This document shows positions 60,653 to 63,249 of a stretch of 63,249 nt of DNA, one piece after another. A program made the position numbers and the translations under genes. The notes beneath the pieces were generated by a model. The model ran no database searches. It was not told where the DNA came from and saw nothing but the letters and a program-made list of their open reading frames with translations. Numbering within the stretch: the first letter of the stretch is position 1; every line of letters starts with the position of its first letter. Location of the stretch: the NCBI GenBank assembly GCA_905235065.1, contig CAJOJR010000003.1, forward strand, positions 1 to 63,249, read 5' to 3'. Origin of the DNA: an uncultured Bacilli bacterium. GTDB taxonomy: Bacteria > Bacillota_I > Bacilli_A > RF39 > UBA660.

Positions 60653-61573
60653 ATGCATAATATGAAATATATATTATGCATTTTAGTTTTAATAATACCT
60701 ATTTATGCACTAGTTATTCCTCATAGAAATAATAATTTTTATTATGAAGAAATAAAATATGTCAGCAATAAAGATGAACAAGTAGTAAAACTATTAGATT
60801 CAAATAAAGTTATAAATCTTTCATTAGAAGATTATATCATTGGAGTAGTGTCATGTGAGATGCCCGCATCTTATGAATTAGAAGCTTTAAAAGCACAGGC
60901 AATAGCTTCAAGGACATATGCGTTAGAAAAAATGAACGTAGGTAATACATATGATTTAGAAAATTCTACTAATAATCAATGCTATCATAATAATGAAAAA
61001 CTAAAATCTAAATGGGGTAATAATTATGAAAAATATTATAACAAAGTAAAAGATGCTGTTGATTCAACCGCAGGATCTTATATGACATATAATGGAAATA
61101 TTATAAAAGCTTTTTATTTTTCCACTTCAAACGGGTACACCGAAGATGTACAAGATGTATTTGGTAGTAAACTGGATTATCTTTCATCTGTTGAATCTTC
61201 TTGGGATAAAAACAATAAAAATTTTGAAAAAACAGTAAATTTTGATGAATCAGAATTTTTAAAAAAATTAAATTTAAAAGATAAATATGTAAGTAAAATA
61301 GAAATAATAAGTAGAACTAAAAGCAATAGGGTTAACGAGTTAATAATAAATAACACTAAATTTAAAGGCACAACTTTTAGAAAACTGCTTGGTATTAGAT
61401 CAACTGATTTTAGCATAGAAAAGAAAGAAAATTTAATATATATAACAACAAGAGGATATGGTCATGGAGTAGGACTTAGTCAATATGGGGCTAATGAAAT
61501 GGCTAAATTAGGATACACTTATGATAAAATATTAAAATATTATTATAAAAATATTGAAATTAATAATGTATAA
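60653..61573 (+). CDS. spoIID: stage II sporulation protein D (lytic transglycosylase)
   Basis: 306 aa with GVVSCEMPASYELEALKAQAIASRTYAL, FSTSNGYTE and GYGHGVGLSQYGANEMA. ATG at 60662 is an alternative start. Confidence 0.92.
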   Translation: MHNMKYILCILVLIIPIYALVIPHRNNNFYYEEIKYVSNKDEQVVKLLDSNKVINLSLEDYIIGVVSCEMPASYELEALKAQAIASRTYALEKMNVGNTYDLENSTNNQCYHNNEKLKSKWGNNYEKYYNKVKDAVDSTAGSYMTYNGNIIKAFYFSTSNGYTEDVQDVFGSKLDYLSSVESSWDKNNKNFEKTVNFDESEFLKKLNLKDKYVSKIEIISRTKSNRVNELIINNTKFKGTTFRKLLGIRSTDFSIEKKENLIYITTRGYGHGVGLSQYGANEMAKLGYTYDKILKYYYKNIEINNV

Positions 61574-61615
61574 AATTTAGTAATTTAGTTCACACTCTAT
61601 AATAGGAGCGTGATT

Positions 61616-62239
61616 ATGAATAAAGCAAAGAGATTAATAATACCTACTGTTTACACAATTTCACTTTTACTTATTATAGGAAGTATATTTATGTTAGTTA
61701 AAGGAATAAGCAATTATTTTAATGAACCTATTAATTATGATCACTCAGTTAAAAATGTTTTTGAAAAAACTATTCCTGTTCAAACAAATAAAAGTTTAAT
61801 AATAAAACCTTATTTATCAGAAAATGTTAATATAGGTAAATATTTTTATGACTATGAAGGAGAAAAAGAAAATCAAGAAAAAGCTTTAGTTTATTATGAA
61901 AATACCTACATGCAAAATTCTGGAGTAGATTATATAAGTAACAGTGTGTTTGATGTAGTAGCTATTCTAGATGGCGAAGTAATATCAGTTGAAAATGATA
62001 AAACTTTAGGGAATATAATTCAAATAAAACATGAAAAAGATTTAATAAGTATTTATCAAGGAATAGATGAAGTGACAGTAAAAAAGGGTGATAGTGTAAA
62101 TCAAGGGCAAATTTTAGGAGTTAGTGGTACTTCAAAAATAAATCCAGAATATAATTCTTCTTTACATTTTGAAGTTTATCATAAAGGAGAAATAATCGAC
62201 CCAGAAAATCTTTATACTTTAAGCATAGAAGACTTTTAA
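61616..62239 (+). CDS. spoIIQ: SpoIIQ-like membrane protein with a degenerate LytM (M23) domain
   Basis: A TM anchor and a C-terminal M23 fold (GNIIQIKHEKDLISIYQG, GQILGVSG, SLHFEVYHKGE). Lies in the spoIID-spoIIQ-spoIIID order seen in clostridia. ATG at 61616 has an AGGAG RBS. Confidence 0.7.
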   Translation: MNKAKRLIIPTVYTISLLLIIGSIFMLVKGISNYFNEPINYDHSVKNVFEKTIPVQTNKSLIIKPYLSENVNIGKYFYDYEGEKENQEKALVYYENTYMQNSGVDYISNSVFDVVAILDGEVISVENDKTLGNIIQIKHEKDLISIYQGIDEVTVKKGDSVNQGQILGVSGTSKINPEYNSSLHFEVYHKGEIIDPENLYTLSIEDF

Positions 62240-62253
62240 TAAAGTCTTTTTTT
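62230..62253 (+). terminator. rho-independent terminator after the spoIIQ-like gene
   Basis: AGACTTT-taat-AAAGTCT followed by a T-run. The stop codon lies in the loop. Confidence 0.65.
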
Positions 62254-62293
62254 CATATTTTAATTAAACTTCTATATATTTTAATAGGGGTGA

Positions 62294-62554
62294 ATTGAAA
62301 TAAAAAAAGGTATTATAAATAGAATAAAAGATGAAACAAATTATATATTAAATACAAAAGAAACAATTAGAGAAGTTGCTAAAAAATTTAAAGTAAGTAA
62401 AAGTACAGTTCATAAAGATTTACATGAAAGATTAAAAGAAATAAATAGTAAATTATATATCGAAGTTGAAAATTTAATGAAAAAACATATAGAAATTAGG
62501 CATATAAAAGGTGGAGAGTCTACAAAAAACAAGTATAAAGTCACCGAGAAGTAG
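62294..62554 (+). CDS. spoIIID: stage III sporulation transcriptional regulator SpoIIID (non-canonical start codon)
   Basis: Not in the ORF track. The frame is open from 62294 (after TGA at 62291-62293) to TAG at 62552-62554. It reads (I)EIKKGIINRIKDETNYILNTKETIREVAKKFKVSKSTVHKDLHERLKEINSKLYIEVENLMKKHIEIRHIKGGESTKNKYK. Compare B. subtilis ...TVRVIAKEFGVSKSTVHKDLTERLPEIN...HKSIRHLRGGEATKLKYK. Confidence 0.85.
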   Translation: MEIKKGIINRIKDETNYILNTKETIREVAKKFKVSKSTVHKDLHERLKEINSKLYIEVENLMKKHIEIRHIKGGESTKNKYKVTEK

Positions 62555-62620
62555 ACTTTTTGTTTATTTTTCTCACTTACTAGTAAATATTATGATATTA
62601 TTTTTTATGGGTGTTTTTTT

Positions 62621-63249
62621 ATGATTAATTTTGTATTAGTGGAAGATAACGATGCACATAGACAAAGTACTGAAAAAATAATTTTAAAATACATGATGAA
62701 AAACAAATATGAATTTGAGATTTTTTCATATGACAAAGAAGCAGAAGAATTATTAAAACATATAAATAATAATGACGATAATAATATATACATATTAGAT
62801 TTTGAATTACCTAATACAAATGCTTTAGATTTGGCAAGAGAAATAAGAAAATCCGATTGGAGAAGTCCAATTATTATTTTAACAGCTCATGGTGGTATGG
62901 CTTTTGAATCTTTTAAACAGAGACTTCAAATATTAGATTTTATATCAAAACAATATAAGGCAGAAGAAAGTTTAATAGAGTCTTTTGATATATGTTTAAA
63001 ACAATTTGATTTATCAAAATCTTTAAAATTAAATTATAATTACACTGACTATAATATACCATTTAATAAGATATTATATATTTATAGAGACACAGTAGAA
63101 AGAAAATCAGTAATAGTAACAGAAAACTCTGAATATATGATTAGAATTAATATGAAAGATATAAAAGATATGTTACCTAAGACATTTAAATATTCACATA
63201 AAGCTTGTATAGTAAATATGGATAAAGTAGAAGCATTTGATTGGAAAAA
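62621..63249 (+). CDS. LytTR/AgrA-family response regulator (partial, 3' end outside the window)
   Basis: MINFVLVEDNDAHRQ...YILDFELPNTNALDLAREIR...IIILTAHG forms the REC domain, with acidic pocket and D all present. IPFNKILYIYRDTVERKSVIVTEN...KACIVNMDKV forms the LytTR domain. Runs off the window edge. Confidence 0.8.
   Translation, partial: MINFVLVEDNDAHRQSTEKIILKYMMKNKYEFEIFSYDKEAEELLKHINNNDDNNIYILDFELPNTNALDLAREIRKSDWRSPIIILTAHGGMAFESFKQRLQILDFISKQYKAEESLIESFDICLKQFDLSKSLKLNYNYTDYNIPFNKILYIYRDTVERKSVIVTENSEYMIRINMKDIKDMLPKTFKYSHKACIVNMDKVEAFDWK

Overview
This 63.2-kb segment is very AT-rich (by eye about a quarter G+C, not computed). It comes from the chromosome of an endospore-forming Firmicute that uses the standard genetic code, and it is centred on the replication origin. 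Gene orientation switches at about 45 kb. To the left, mostly on the minus strand, lie dnaA, dnaN, comK-like, recF, gyrB, gyrA, SRP RNA, tadA, dnaX, ybaB, recR, bofA, holB, ricT, rsmI, pth, mfd, spoVT, tatD, rsmA, yabG, veg, spoVG, yabP, yabQ, divIC, tilS and ftsH. These are followed by soj, spo0J, ychF and rpsF-ssb-rpsR, and further left by rplM-rpsI. To the right, mostly on the plus strand, lie rpmH, rnpA, yidC, jag, mnmE, mnmG, rsmG and noc, then rpoE, prfA, prmC, spoIIR, murA, rpmE, rpiB, spoIID, a spoIIQ-like gene, spoIIID and a truncated LytTR response regulator. I found no rRNA or tRNA gene, CRISPR array, transposase, integrase, phage gene or recognisable defence module, so this is core, streamlined origin-proximal DNA rather than an accessory island. 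The most notable signals are non-coding. (1) A roughly 100-bp cluster downstream of gyrA contains two perfect ParB parS sites flanking a perfect Noc-binding site. A second Noc site sits in a 34-bp perfect palindrome inside dnaX. (2) The oriC is bipartite and built from a variant DnaA box, TTATTAACA, and DnaA itself has an altered recognition motif. (3) The SRP RNA is a minimal 4.5S-type molecule of about 78 nt. Coding oddities are as follows:
- a ComK homologue is inserted between dnaN and recF;
- spoIIID has no canonical start codon;
- a YfcC-type transporter is frameshifted at an A5 run;
- Noc lacks the N-terminal membrane helix and carries an acidic insertion;
- an SGNH-like protein appears catalytically dead;
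- soj-spo0J is separated from noc across the origin.
Many antisense ORFs in the supplied track are rejected as AT-rich artefacts.
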